A DNA stretch of 64,000 nt from Sedimentisphaerales bacterium (GCA_040772485.1 JAXGYC010000007.1:480001-544000), one strand, 5' to 3'; shown: positions 43,962 to 53,500, counted from the stretch's first letter. Program-made: numbers and translations. The notes: generated by a model not told the origin, from the sequence alone.

Positions 43962-44617
43962 TTTGCATCTCCTTCGCGCGCTGGTCCCACCGGACTCGGC
44001 AGCCCGCGGCGTGTCAAAAACCCCTCACGTGACAAACAAATCCCAAACTCTCTACGCACCAACCACTTGCGTGTTCGTGCAGACCTCTCGGCGCCGGGCG
44101 TTCACCCCCCCCCGGCTTCTACATTGTCGCAAATCCCGGGCCACGGGAGCAATGCACTTTTGCGTTTTTCTTTCGCCATTTTGCGCCCGTCCGCGTTCCG
44201 GCTCGGCCGCCCGGCATGGTGGATATGTACGGCGCGCGCAACGTTTGGACGATTTCTGCCCCCCGGCGGCGCATTTGGCCCGGTCGGCCCCAAAAACCCG
44301 CAATACGGCAGGCATTCCCAGAGCGGTCCCGTGCGGCGCCCGCGGCCGGGTCCGCCAATCCGAACGTCTGTCGCAGCCTTCGCCAAGCCGCCATCGCCCA
44401 CAGCAAGTTCAAAGACCGCGACCATCTCCCCAGGCTGCCCGCCGGACACCCCATCCTCTCCCCCCCGCCGACAGAGCCCGCTTCCGAAACGTCGAGACCA
44501 GGCAATTCCAACGATCGCGCCGGAATGGACGACAGGCGGCGTGATATGCGGCGCGCCACACGCAATACAGGACTGGAATCAGCAAGGCGTCCCCGCAATT
44601 CTCAACCCGCCACCGGC

Positions 44618-44663
44618 CTACAGCCTACAGGCTACAGTCTACAGGCTACGGTCTGCGGCCTGC
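44618..44663. repeat. CTACAGN heptamer tandem repeat
   Basis: CTACAGC CTACAGG CTACAGT CTACAGG CTACGGT CTGCGGC. Confidence 0.75.
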
Positions 44664-45386
44664 CTCCTCGGGGAAGTTGAGCACCGCGAACTCGCCGGCC
44701 AGCTCGTACGCCTTGCGGTCGCGGGCCTTGGCCGCCTCGACCTCCTCATCGAACAGGCCCAGGTACATCGGCTTGCCGTCGTGCTGGATCGCGGCCTGCC
44801 ACTTTTCGCCGCGCGGGAAGACGCCGCGGAACTGCGACTTGCCAGGCTTGCGTCTGTGGCTGTTCTGCGAGTTCTGAAGCTGCGTGCAGATCCGCAGGTT
44901 GCACCGCCGGTTGTCCAGACCGTTGCCGTTGATGTGATCGACCACCATCCCCTTGGGCGGCTTCATGATCTGGCGGTGCATCGATATGGCTCGTCCTTTG
45001 TGTGTCCGGCAGGCATAGAACGTACCGCAGCGGTCGGTGCGCTGGGCGTACCACTTGTACTTCGCCAGCGCTGGGTAGTCCGCCGCATCGACGATCGCGT
45101 GCTTGGCCCGTGTCAGACTGATGTAGCGGATCGCCGGGTCCGACGACTCGCGCGGCGCCGCCCACACCGTCGGCGCCCGCCGCGCCCGAAAGTTGGGGCA
45201 CACGCTACAGGTGGTCACCTCGCTGATCTCGCCATCGGCCCCCGCCTTGTGAAAGCAGACCAGCAGCCCCGGCCACCGCGTCAGAATCACTCGCAGCCAC
45301 CGCGTCCGCAGCCGCTCGCCGAACACGCAATTCGCGCAACACCGCTGACGTCTCGCCTTCGCTTCCGCCTCATCTCGCTCGTTCAT
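44646..45386 (-). CDS. HNH endonuclease with C-terminal AP2 DNA-binding domain
   Basis: MHRQIM, VVDHINGNGLDNRRCNLR, SQFRGV..W.A.I...YLGLF..EVEAAKARD...GEFA.LNF. Confidence 0.9.
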   Translation of the reverse strand: MNERDEAEAKARRQRCCANCVFGERLRTRWLRVILTRWPGLLVCFHKAGADGEISEVTTCSVCPNFRARRAPTVWAAPRESSDPAIRYISLTRAKHAIVDAADYPALAKYKWYAQRTDRCGTFYACRTHKGRAISMHRQIMKPPKGMVVDHINGNGLDNRRCNLRICTQLQNSQNSHRRKPGKSQFRGVFPRGEKWQAAIQHDGKPMYLGLFDEEVEAAKARDRKAYELAGEFAVLNFPEEAGRRP

Positions 45387-45978
45387 TCGATCCTCCAGTC
45401 TTGTCGCTCGTGACTCGTTGCCACGACGTAGAAGCGTAAATGCGTGGGTGCGTAGATGCGTTTTTCAGTTCCTGAAGTCGCCCTGGTGCCGCTCTTACTC
45501 ATCTCAGCTTCTACCCATCCACGCTTCTACTGTTTCATCTCGTGCCTCGCCGCCCACCTCCTCTCCGACGCATCTGCCCTGACTCTCATCCCCGCCTCAG
45601 GCACGCGCCCGAGGCCACAACCCCATCCTATCCGAATATGGTCAAACGATCAACAAAATACCACAAAAAACTCATCCCCGTAACCCCAGTCTGCAAAAAG
45701 ATTAACGACAAGACCCAAGAAATCCGTGGGGTGGGGCTTGGCCCACCATTTCCTCTGGGGTTGTTTGGAGACGTGTCCGGACCGAGGGGTTGGCCAGATG
45801 TGTTGCAGTCGAGCCCCCTGTTGCGGTATCATTGACAGTGTGGCGTGCAGGATCACCGATTGTGAGGTTAAATGGCAAATCCCGGTTAATTGGTTGTTTT
45901 GTTTGAGACAGTGGTGCTTTCGTATGCGGCCAAAGCACGGAAATTGCTCCTTGAACCTTTTTCAGGAGGAGAAGAGTC

Positions 45979-48255
45979 ATGTGTAGTAGAGGACAAGTTC
46001 TTTCGGTGTTGTGCTGTCTGGTGGTCGGGATAGTGGTTCCAGTGTGTGCGGATCCGGCGTGGGAGTACATCTATGAGGCAGATACACTGCCTGATGATAT
46101 CTCACTGGGCGATGACGCGTGGCAGCTTGTGGGGGACAATCAATTCGCGGAAGTCACTGACCAGGGTGAACTTCATATTAATGATGTAGGACAGAATCAC
46201 TGCTTCTTCCTGTACAACATAGAGGACGCCGCCCTGATGGAAGAAGCGACTATCGAGGCGCGTGTCAAAGTGCTTTCGCAGTCCGGGTCGGCGAGTTTTG
46301 AGGTGCTGTTCGGGATGCAAGATGGGAGCAACTCGAAGTGGCTCGATCTGTTCCCTGACCACATTCTGCTGGATAGCAGCACCGTTACTTATGATGTTGA
46401 TATGACAGAGTATCACATTCTAAGGATGGTGAGAAATGGCGCAGAGATTCGCATCTACGTGGATGATGAAGAGGTGATGCGCGAAGCGCACGTGGGGGCT
46501 GGCGAAGGCTGGATTGGCTTCATCTTCGGTGCCGGGTGCACCTCATGCACAAGCGAACAATTCTGGGATTATCTGGCGTTTACGACGGAAGGCGGTTTCT
46601 CACCGCAAGAGCTTCCCAGTTATGCCTCTATGCGCCGCCCAGCGGAACTGGCGGGCGATCCCAGTCCAGGCAATGACGCCAATGATGTGCCGCGTGATGT
46701 CACCCTAAGTTGGACGCCGGGTGAGTTCGCTGTGACACACGATGTGTACTTGGGCACCTCGTTTGAGGCCGTAGATAGTGCGACGCCGGGCATGCTTGTA
46801 AGTCAAGGTCAGGCCGACAGACAATATGCGCCGGAGACCGTCCTTGAATTCGGCCAGACGTACTACTGGCGTGTCGACGAAGTCAACGGTGCGCCGGACA
46901 ACACGATCTTCAAGGGCGAGGTCTGGAGCTTCACGGTCGAACCGTTCGCCTATCCCATCGCGAACGTCGCCGCGACCAGCAACGGGGCCTCCGATGCGGT
47001 GTCCACGCCGCAACGCACGGTGGATGGCTCGGGTATCAACGCCGACGATCAAGCTTCGGTCAAAGCCGCCGACATGTGGCTGGCCTACCCGCCGGCCGAG
47101 GGGACCCTCTATATCCAGTACGAGTTCGACTCTCTTTACAGGCTCCACGAGATGCTCGTCTGGAACTACAACGTCCTGTTCGAGCCGATGCTCGGGTTCG
47201 GGCTTAAGGATGTCACGGTGGAGTATTCCGATAACGGGACCGACTGGACGGCGCTGGGCGACTTCGAGTTCGCCAGGGCGACGGCGACTGCCACGTATAC
47301 CGCGAACACGACCGTCAGTTTCGGCGGCGTAGCGGCCAGGTACGTTCGCCTGAACGTCGACAGCGGATGGGGCATGATGGGCCAGTTCGGGCTTAGCGAA
47401 GTCCGGTTCCTGTATATTCCGGCGCGGGCCCGCGAGCCGCAGCCGGCCGATGGGGCCACCGACGTGGAAATCGGCACGGCCCTGGCGTGGCGAAGCGGCC
47501 GCAACGCTGCCTCGCACGAGGTGCATCTGGGCACGGACCCGGCGGCCCTGACGTTGGCCGGCACGGTCGACAGCCCGACGTTTGCGCCCGAGGGCATCGA
47601 GTTCGGGAGCACCTACTACTGGCAGATCGTGGAAGTCAACGAAGCGGATGCGGTGACCGCATGGCCCGGCGATGTCTGGAGCTTCTCGACGCAGGAGTAC
47701 GTCCTGATCGACGGATTCGAGACGTACGACGACAACCTCGACGCCAAGACGACGATCTTCGACACCTGGCTGGATGGCTGGGTCAACGAGACGGGTTCGA
47801 CCGTTGGATACGTCGACGCCCCATTCGCCGAGAGGAGCATCGTTTACAGCGGTCGGCAGTCGATGCCGCTGACGTATGACAACTCGGTTTCGCCATTCTA
47901 CTCCGAGGCCGAGTTCGACCTTGGCGGTACGGACCTGATGACCGGTGGGGCCGTCTCCCTGAGGTTGTTCTTCCACGGTGATGCGGCGAACGTCGCCGAA
48001 ACGCTGTACGTGGCGATTGAGGATAGCACCGGCAAGGTTGGTGTCGCAGCGCATCCGGACCCGGATGCGGCCCTCGCCGACTCCTGGCAGGAGTGGGTGA
48101 TTCCGTACAGCGAATTGACGGCCGGCGGTGTGAATCTGAGTCGCGCCGCCATGATCTACATCGGACTCGGCGATCGGAACAACCCGACAGCCGGTGGTAC
48201 GGGAATCGTATTCATCGACGACGTCGGGTTCGGCACGGCACGGTCTGGTATCTGA
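45979..48255 (+). CDS. Secreted multidomain protein (LamG-like N-terminus, FN3-like and discoidin-like modules, conserved C-terminus)
   Basis: Signal peptide, AGGAGG RBS, HDVYLGT/YYWRVDEVN/GEVWSF repeats, WNYN discoidin-like module. Confidence 0.82.
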   Translation: MCSRGQVLSVLCCLVVGIVVPVCADPAWEYIYEADTLPDDISLGDDAWQLVGDNQFAEVTDQGELHINDVGQNHCFFLYNIEDAALMEEATIEARVKVLSQSGSASFEVLFGMQDGSNSKWLDLFPDHILLDSSTVTYDVDMTEYHILRMVRNGAEIRIYVDDEEVMREAHVGAGEGWIGFIFGAGCTSCTSEQFWDYLAFTTEGGFSPQELPSYASMRRPAELAGDPSPGNDANDVPRDVTLSWTPGEFAVTHDVYLGTSFEAVDSATPGMLVSQGQADRQYAPETVLEFGQTYYWRVDEVNGAPDNTIFKGEVWSFTVEPFAYPIANVAATSNGASDAVSTPQRTVDGSGINADDQASVKAADMWLAYPPAEGTLYIQYEFDSLYRLHEMLVWNYNVLFEPMLGFGLKDVTVEYSDNGTDWTALGDFEFARATATATYTANTTVSFGGVAARYVRLNVDSGWGMMGQFGLSEVRFLYIPARAREPQPADGATDVEIGTALAWRSGRNAASHEVHLGTDPAALTLAGTVDSPTFAPEGIEFGSTYYWQIVEVNEADAVTAWPGDVWSFSTQEYVLIDGFETYDDNLDAKTTIFDTWLDGWVNETGSTVGYVDAPFAERSIVYSGRQSMPLTYDNSVSPFYSEAEFDLGGTDLMTGGAVSLRLFFHGDAANVAETLYVAIEDSTGKVGVAAHPDPDAALADSWQEWVIPYSELTAGGVNLSRAAMIYIGLGDRNNPTAGGTGIVFIDDVGFGTARSGI

Positions 48256-48273
48256 TGGAACGCCGCTAAACAG

Positions 48274-48415
48274 CTATTCGCCGAAGTCGGGCGTGTTGAA
48301 TCTGGCGGCATTCTTGAAGGGTGCCGGGCCGCCGTGGAAGCCCTCGCGAACGTAGCGATGGTACGTCGACCGCGGCGTGTTTGAGTGGGTTGAAGTGAGT
48401 GTAATCGATATGGCG
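48274..48415 (-). pseudogene. C-terminal remnant of a REP-associated tyrosine transposase (RAYT/TnpA-REP)
   Basis: RHIDYTHFNPLKH, then in another frame STYHRYVREG...FGE*, resembling the RAYT H.DYIH.NPVKHG...SSFHRYVR.G...FGE tail. Confidence 0.7.
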
Positions 48416-48576
48416 TTGGAGGACGAGGTATTGCAGGCCGTGGTCGGCGCAGAATTGGCGTTTTTCCGGCTTGTCGCCCTCCTCGTTGACGGGGGTAGGG
48501 TTGGAGGTGCAACTTCCCATTGCTCGGGGAGTCTGTCTGAGCATCGCGCTACACGCCGTACCACTGGCCTGTGACC

Positions 48577-50762
48577 GGTACCTGCACTTCGCAGGTAGCG
48601 CACTTGGCCACTCGTCCGCCGTCGAGTCCTTGCCTCTTGCACTTGCGTTGTTGCTGGGCCGTTCGTGCCACGGTGCAATGATCCCGTGCTGGACTGCTCC
48701 GCTACCTGCGAATCGCAGGTAGCGCATGGAGGATGGCACGCCTTGACGTGAGGTGCTGCTGTCCTTTGGGCAAGGCTGCCGATCTCGAGACGCAATGGCA
48801 ATGGGAGGCGGCACTCCGGCATCTGCGAATCGCAGCTACTGCACCCGGTTGCGTGGCGTGGATGCGGTGCTTCTCTCCGCGCGAGAGCGCCATTGCCTCC
48901 ACGCAGAATGGGACACGGGTGTATTCCACTACCTGCGAATCGCAGGTAGCGCTGCGTGACCGTGCGATGAGATGGGTGTGCGGTGCACACTCTGCCGACG
49001 CTATGCCCTCACGGGCACACTACGAACGGACAGCCGCATTGCCCGGCCGTGTCCACCACCTGCGATTCGCAGGTGCCGCTTTCGGCTCGGGCGGGGAAGA
49101 ATTCGGTCGTACACGCCGTGCCACTTGCCTTCGACTGTATTACTGTCCCCCGTTCGAGACCTCGTGTGTGCATCTGACCGCTACCTGCGAATCGCAGGTA
49201 GCGCGCTCGGGGCTGCGTGCGTAGGATGCGCTGGTACGCCTGGTGGCTGCTATGGGAGAGCGCCACAACGCCCTGGTGGAACCCAGGCTGCCTGGCTACG
49301 ACCAGTACCTGCGATTCGCAGGTACCGTGGCCGCTGTTTCTCGGCGGAGGTGGTATGGCGGATTCCCAACCAAGCAGGTGGCGTTCGGACGCGCAAAGCT
49401 ATCTGGCATTGGCGATGGAGTCGAGCTGCCGCTTCAGCGCAAGCCAGTGGGTATTCATCTGGGCGAGCGTCTCGCATCCGGCGGCCGTCAGGTCGTGGTA
49501 CTTCCTGCGTGGACCCTCGACGGACTTGACCTCCACCGACTTGATGAGGCGTTCCTTCTTCAGCCGGGACAGGATACCGTAGATCCGGCCATGGCCGAGC
49601 AGCAGCCCGCAAGACTTGCAGAAGTCACGCTCCATATCGTACGCGTACCGACCGTACCGCTGGATGTCGTTGAGGACCGCCAGTTCGAGCAGGCCCTTGC
49701 GCATCTGCCTTGTCCAGTTCCCAAGAAACCGAGCATTCATGAGTCCTCTCCTCCTCCAAGTCTCGTTGATCCGGTACCTGCGATTCGCCGCTACCGGACG
49801 CTATACGTGCTTATTGTACCCGGAATGTCCGCCCGATGCGAGCGAGATATGCAGTCAGCAGAAGTGGATTGTGACAGCGTACCTGTAAGGATCGTGTGAT
49901 GCGCGCCTTCCGTGACGTGCAGATGCCGTCTTCCGGCCAACACTCGGGCCCGTCTCTTGCGCTACCTGCGAATCGCAGGTAGCACACTTCGACAGTCTGT
50001 CCGGTTCGTGGTGACGGTCCCAACGATCGTGGGGCTTTCTGAAAGGCCCCAGTTGCTGTCGTTGTCGACCGATTTGGATCACCCGCGAAGATGGCCCAGG
50101 ACCGCCAGCCACGTGTCATGGAACAGTCACGGCTCCTGTAACACGTAGCTCCGGTCCCCGGTCGAAATCCGCCTGTTTGGCGACCGCTGCCTGCGAATCG
50201 CAGGTAGCGCACTTCGACAACCTGTCCCGTTCGCAGTGACCGTTCCAATGATTGCGGGACTTCTCAAAAACGCCCCACCTGTTGTAGCTCTCGAGCGATT
50301 TCGGTCGCAGGCAAAGGTGGCCCAAAGCCACCCACCGCTCCCCGTGGGACAGTTGCGGGTCATGCCGCACGCAGCTCCGGCCTCCGCTCGAAATCGGGCT
50401 GCCTGGGGGTGACCGGTACCTGCGATTTGCAGGTAGCCCGCCGAGCTTGCTGACACATCAGACAGTTGCAGCCGCGCTGCCTGGTCGCAGCCAGTACCTG
50501 CGAATCGCAGATACTACACAGAGAAGTCGACACGCACAGCGAAACAACCGCTGAGACGCGGCGATGCCTGCGATGGCGTTCAAGCACACCATGCTGCAAC
50601 TGACGAACAGCTCACAACCACTACCTGCGAATCGCAGGTAGCGCAGCGAGGGATTCTGGAAACAACACGATCCAAGACGTTGCTGCCGCAGTCGTATGGG
50701 TCCTCACGCTCGTCACGTGCCAGCGCCCCGAGCATGACCGGTACCTGCGATTCGCAGCTACT
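48577..50762 (+). repeat. Array of 14 spaced 23-bp palindromes (RSTACCTGCGAWTCGCAGGTASY)
   Basis: Copies start at 48577, 48701, 48818, 48928, 49055, 49180, 49304, 49773, 49961, 50186, 50415, 50493, 50620, 50740. Confidence 0.95.
49399..49740 (-). CDS. PadR-family transcriptional regulator (short subfamily)
   Basis: W..QMRKGLLELAVL, YAYD, G.IY.IL.RL, GPRRKY..LT..G, late W; AGGAGGAG RBS. Confidence 0.88.
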   Translation of the reverse strand: MNARFLGNWTRQMRKGLLELAVLNDIQRYGRYAYDMERDFCKSCGLLLGHGRIYGILSRLKKERLIKSVEVKSVEGPRRKYHDLTAAGCETLAQMNTHWLALKRQLDSIANAR

Positions 50763-51049
50763 CGACGGGACCTCGTCGGCCGTGCACAGTGGATGGCGCC
50801 GTTGTACCGTGGACATGGGGCGGGTACGAGGCGGGGAGCCATCGGGCAGATCGGAAGCCACGGAGGTGGGTGCTCTGGCGCGGGGCAGCACGGGTGTGGG
50901 GAGGCGCTTCAAGACGACGCATTGCAGGTCGTGGTCGGCGCAGAACTGGCGTTTCTCGGGCTTGTCGCCGGCGGTTTCGGTCTCACGACGGGAGTGGATG
51001 TGTGGTGTGATCCAGTGGTCAGCAAGTGGGAGCACCGCTGGAGTTGTGT

Positions 51050-51235
51050 ATGGCTGAGCCGATGCGAAAAGATCAGGCGCATGAGATGGTGGATCGGATG
51101 TCGGAAGGCTCGACATGCGACGACGTGATCCGTGAAATCTACGTCCGGCAGGTGATCGAGCAGGGTCTGGCCGACAGCGAGGCCGGCCGGACCGCCGATG
51201 TCGCCGACGTCCGCCGGAGATACGGACCATTGTGA
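51050..51235 (+). CDS. Small antitoxin-like protein of a ParE/RelE-type pair
   Basis: IYVRQVIEQGLADSEAGR...DVRRRYG pattern; GGAG RBS; toxin remnant follows. Confidence 0.6.
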   Translation: MAEPMRKDQAHEMVDRMSEGSTCDDVIREIYVRQVIEQGLADSEAGRTADVADVRRRYGPL

Positions 51236-51288
51236 TCGATCGATGACAATTGATGATTGATTACTCCGCTAACGCGTTCCACCAATCT

Positions 51289-51378
51289 CCATATCGCATC
51301 GTCTATTACATCAAGCCCGATCAGATCGATGTGCTGGCCGTGATTCACGCTGCGCAGGATGTCTTCCGCGAACGCTGA
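51289..51378 (+). pseudogene. C-terminal remnant of a RelE/ParE-family toxin
   Basis: PYRIVYYIKPDQIDVLAVIHAAQD tail with no N-terminal part. Confidence 0.65.
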
Positions 51379-51436
51379 TTCCAGGCGAGCGGGAGCCTGC
51401 CCTGAGCTTGTCGAGGGGACGCTCACCCTTGTATGG

Positions 51437-52240
51437 TCAAGTCTTCTTGATTCTCACCCGGATGGTGAAGGTGCCGGGGACGGGGCGTTTGGAGGCGACG
51501 ACGAGGTAACCGCCGCCGCAGCCGGAGTACATCGCGCCGGGGTAGCGGGCTTGGTAGAAGCTCAATAGCTCGATCAAGTCGACGCGCAGGGTCGGGTGGC
51601 GGACGGTGCCGGGCAGGATGGCCTCCCAGCAGGCCATGCACTCGTTCATCGAAGCGCCGAGGCGCTCGATGTCACGCGCGACAATGGCGTCGTAACAGTC
51701 GCGGCCCGAGCGGCCCAATCGCCCGATCCACGCGGGGTCGAGGTTCTTCGTTTCGAGCGGGTTGTAGCCGTCGGGACGCGGGGCGACCGGCAGGATGTGC
51801 AGGATGCGCCCGAGCCAGGCGGCGACGGCAGGGTCGTTGCAGGACTCGATGTGGGCGGGAAACAGGCCCTCGTGACATCGGAAATCGTAGTCGAGGCGGC
51901 TGACGCCGGGATAGATCAGGCCGATCATGTCCTGCGAGCCGGAGGGCTCGGCCCGGCCTTCGTTCTCGGCGTCGTATAGCTCGCGGACGAGCTGCTCGGG
52001 GTCGCGGTCGGGCAGCGCGCCGCCCCAAAGCTCCAGGGCGATCTGGCGGGTGCTGCCGCAGATGCCGGAGCGGTCCATCCAGCGGAACTGCGGCTCGACC
52101 GCGACGACGACCATCGAGCCGGGCGGGTCCGGGTTGAGCCGGGAGGCGAACGGCTGGTCGATCCAGCCGCCGGCCAGGGCCACGCGGTACTGGAGCTTGC
52201 CGATGACGTCGGTGATGTCGTGACTTTGCGGCGGTGTCAT
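51437..52240 (-). CDS. GHMP-kinase-like protein
   Basis: YRVALAGGWIDQP, SGSQD, YSGCGGG. Confidence 0.72.
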   Translation of the reverse strand: MTPPQSHDITDVIGKLQYRVALAGGWIDQPFASRLNPDPPGSMVVVAVEPQFRWMDRSGICGSTRQIALELWGGALPDRDPEQLVRELYDAENEGRAEPSGSQDMIGLIYPGVSRLDYDFRCHEGLFPAHIESCNDPAVAAWLGRILHILPVAPRPDGYNPLETKNLDPAWIGRLGRSGRDCYDAIVARDIERLGASMNECMACWEAILPGTVRHPTLRVDLIELLSFYQARYPGAMYSGCGGGYLVVASKRPVPGTFTIRVRIKKT

Positions 52241-52305
52241 GCGACGATTGTACGGTGCTCCATTTCGCTGACAAGTGTTCTTATGCACGCGGACGTGGCG
52301 GGCGG

Positions 52306-53349
52306 TCAACTGACGGTGTGCTTGCCGGCCTTGCGGGCGTAGTACTGCTGCTCGATCCAGGCGTAGGTCTTGCGGAGGCCTTCTTCGAGCGGGGTGCTGG
52401 GGGCCCAGCCGAGGACCTGCTGGATGAAGGTGTTGTCGCTGTTGCGTCCGCCGACGCCTTTGGGGGCGGTCAGGTCGTATTTGTGTTTGAGTTTGACGCC
52501 GCCGATCTTCTCGGCCAGCAGCATGAGATCTTCGATCGAGATCAGATAGTCGGAGCCGAGGTTGATCGGCGTGGCGATCAGCGCGTCGCAGTGCATGATC
52601 ATGTCGATGCCGAGAACGCAGTCGTCGATGTACATGAAACTGCGCGTCTGCGTGCCGTCGCCCCAGATCACCACTTCGTCCAGCCCCTGGTCCTTGCACT
52701 CGATCACCTTGCGGCACAGCGCCGCCGGCGCTTTCTCCCGCCCCCCATCCCAGGTGCCCGGGACCCCATAGGCGTTGTGGAAGCGGGCGATGTGGGTTTC
52801 GAGTTGGCGCTCGACCCAATACTCAATGCAAAACATCTCGCTTATCAGCTTTTCCCAGCCGTAACCGCGTTCGGCCATGGCGGGGTAGGCGTCGGACTCC
52901 TTCAGGGCGCGGACGTTGGGGTCCTTCTGGAGGTCGGTGTTGTAGGCACAGGCGGACGACGAGAAGAAGTACCGCGTCGCGCCGGCGCGGTACGCGGCCT
53001 CGATCATGTGCGTGTTGATCAGCACGCTCCGCAGACACTCGATGCGAAACCGCTCGATGAAGCCCATCCCGCCCATGTCGGCCGCGAGATTGTACACCTC
53101 GACCGCGCCCTCGCACGCCCGTCGGCAGTTGTCCGGCTCGCTGAGGTCCAGGCACAGGCACTCGACGCCCGGCGTCCGCTGGTACCACTGCGGCAGCGGC
53201 TTCTTGTCGATCGCGCGGATCCGCCGGAATCCCTGTTCGTGGAAATACCGCACCAGCGCCCCGGCGATGAACCCGCCGGCCCCGCCGACCACGATCAGAT
53301 CGTCCTTGTCCAGCACCGACGCCGCCGTGGGATTCTTCTTGCGTGCCAT
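52306..53349 (-). CDS. NAD-dependent epimerase, GDP-mannose 3,5-epimerase-like
   Basis: GAGGFI, NLAADMGGMGFI, SSACAY, YGWEK, RFHN.YG..GTWDGGREKAPAALCRK. Confidence 0.85.
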   Translation of the reverse strand: MARKKNPTAASVLDKDDLIVVGGAGGFIAGALVRYFHEQGFRRIRAIDKKPLPQWYQRTPGVECLCLDLSEPDNCRRACEGAVEVYNLAADMGGMGFIERFRIECLRSVLINTHMIEAAYRAGATRYFFSSSACAYNTDLQKDPNVRALKESDAYPAMAERGYGWEKLISEMFCIEYWVERQLETHIARFHNAYGVPGTWDGGREKAPAALCRKVIECKDQGLDEVVIWGDGTQTRSFMYIDDCVLGIDMIMHCDALIATPINLGSDYLISIEDLMLLAEKIGGVKLKHKYDLTAPKGVGGRNSDNTFIQQVLGWAPSTPLEEGLRKTYAWIEQQYYARKAGKHTVS

Positions 53350-53500
53350 CTTGTGTCCTTTCCTATAGGCCCTGTCGCCTTGCCGCAAGGGCCTGTACCA
53401 TATTGACTTCTCAGCCGAATCGCCGTGGATTATAATGCTCGTGCAGCCCGATGGAAATGTCAAATGTTGTCCAGAGCATGACCATTCTTGACTGGTCGCC

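Noticed and set aside
44105..44113. C9 tract upstream of the prepilin-type gene as a phase-variation switch
   Set aside because: Single modest homopolymer in GC-rich DNA with no defined promoter spacing.
46903..47787. Diversity-generating retroelement TR/VR pair with 63059-63943
   Set aside because: Both copies are coding, differences are not adenine-specific, and no reverse transcriptase is in the window.
48577..50762. Calling the palindrome array a CRISPR array
   Set aside because: Spacers are 55-206 bp and variable, a gene sits inside, two spacers are paralogous, and no cas genes or AT-rich leader are visible.
48266..51230. ORFs with recurring RYLRFAGS / ATCESQV peptides as repeat proteins
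   Set aside because: The peptides occur on both strands and in several frames because they are translations of the DNA palindrome; repeat spacings do not keep a frame.
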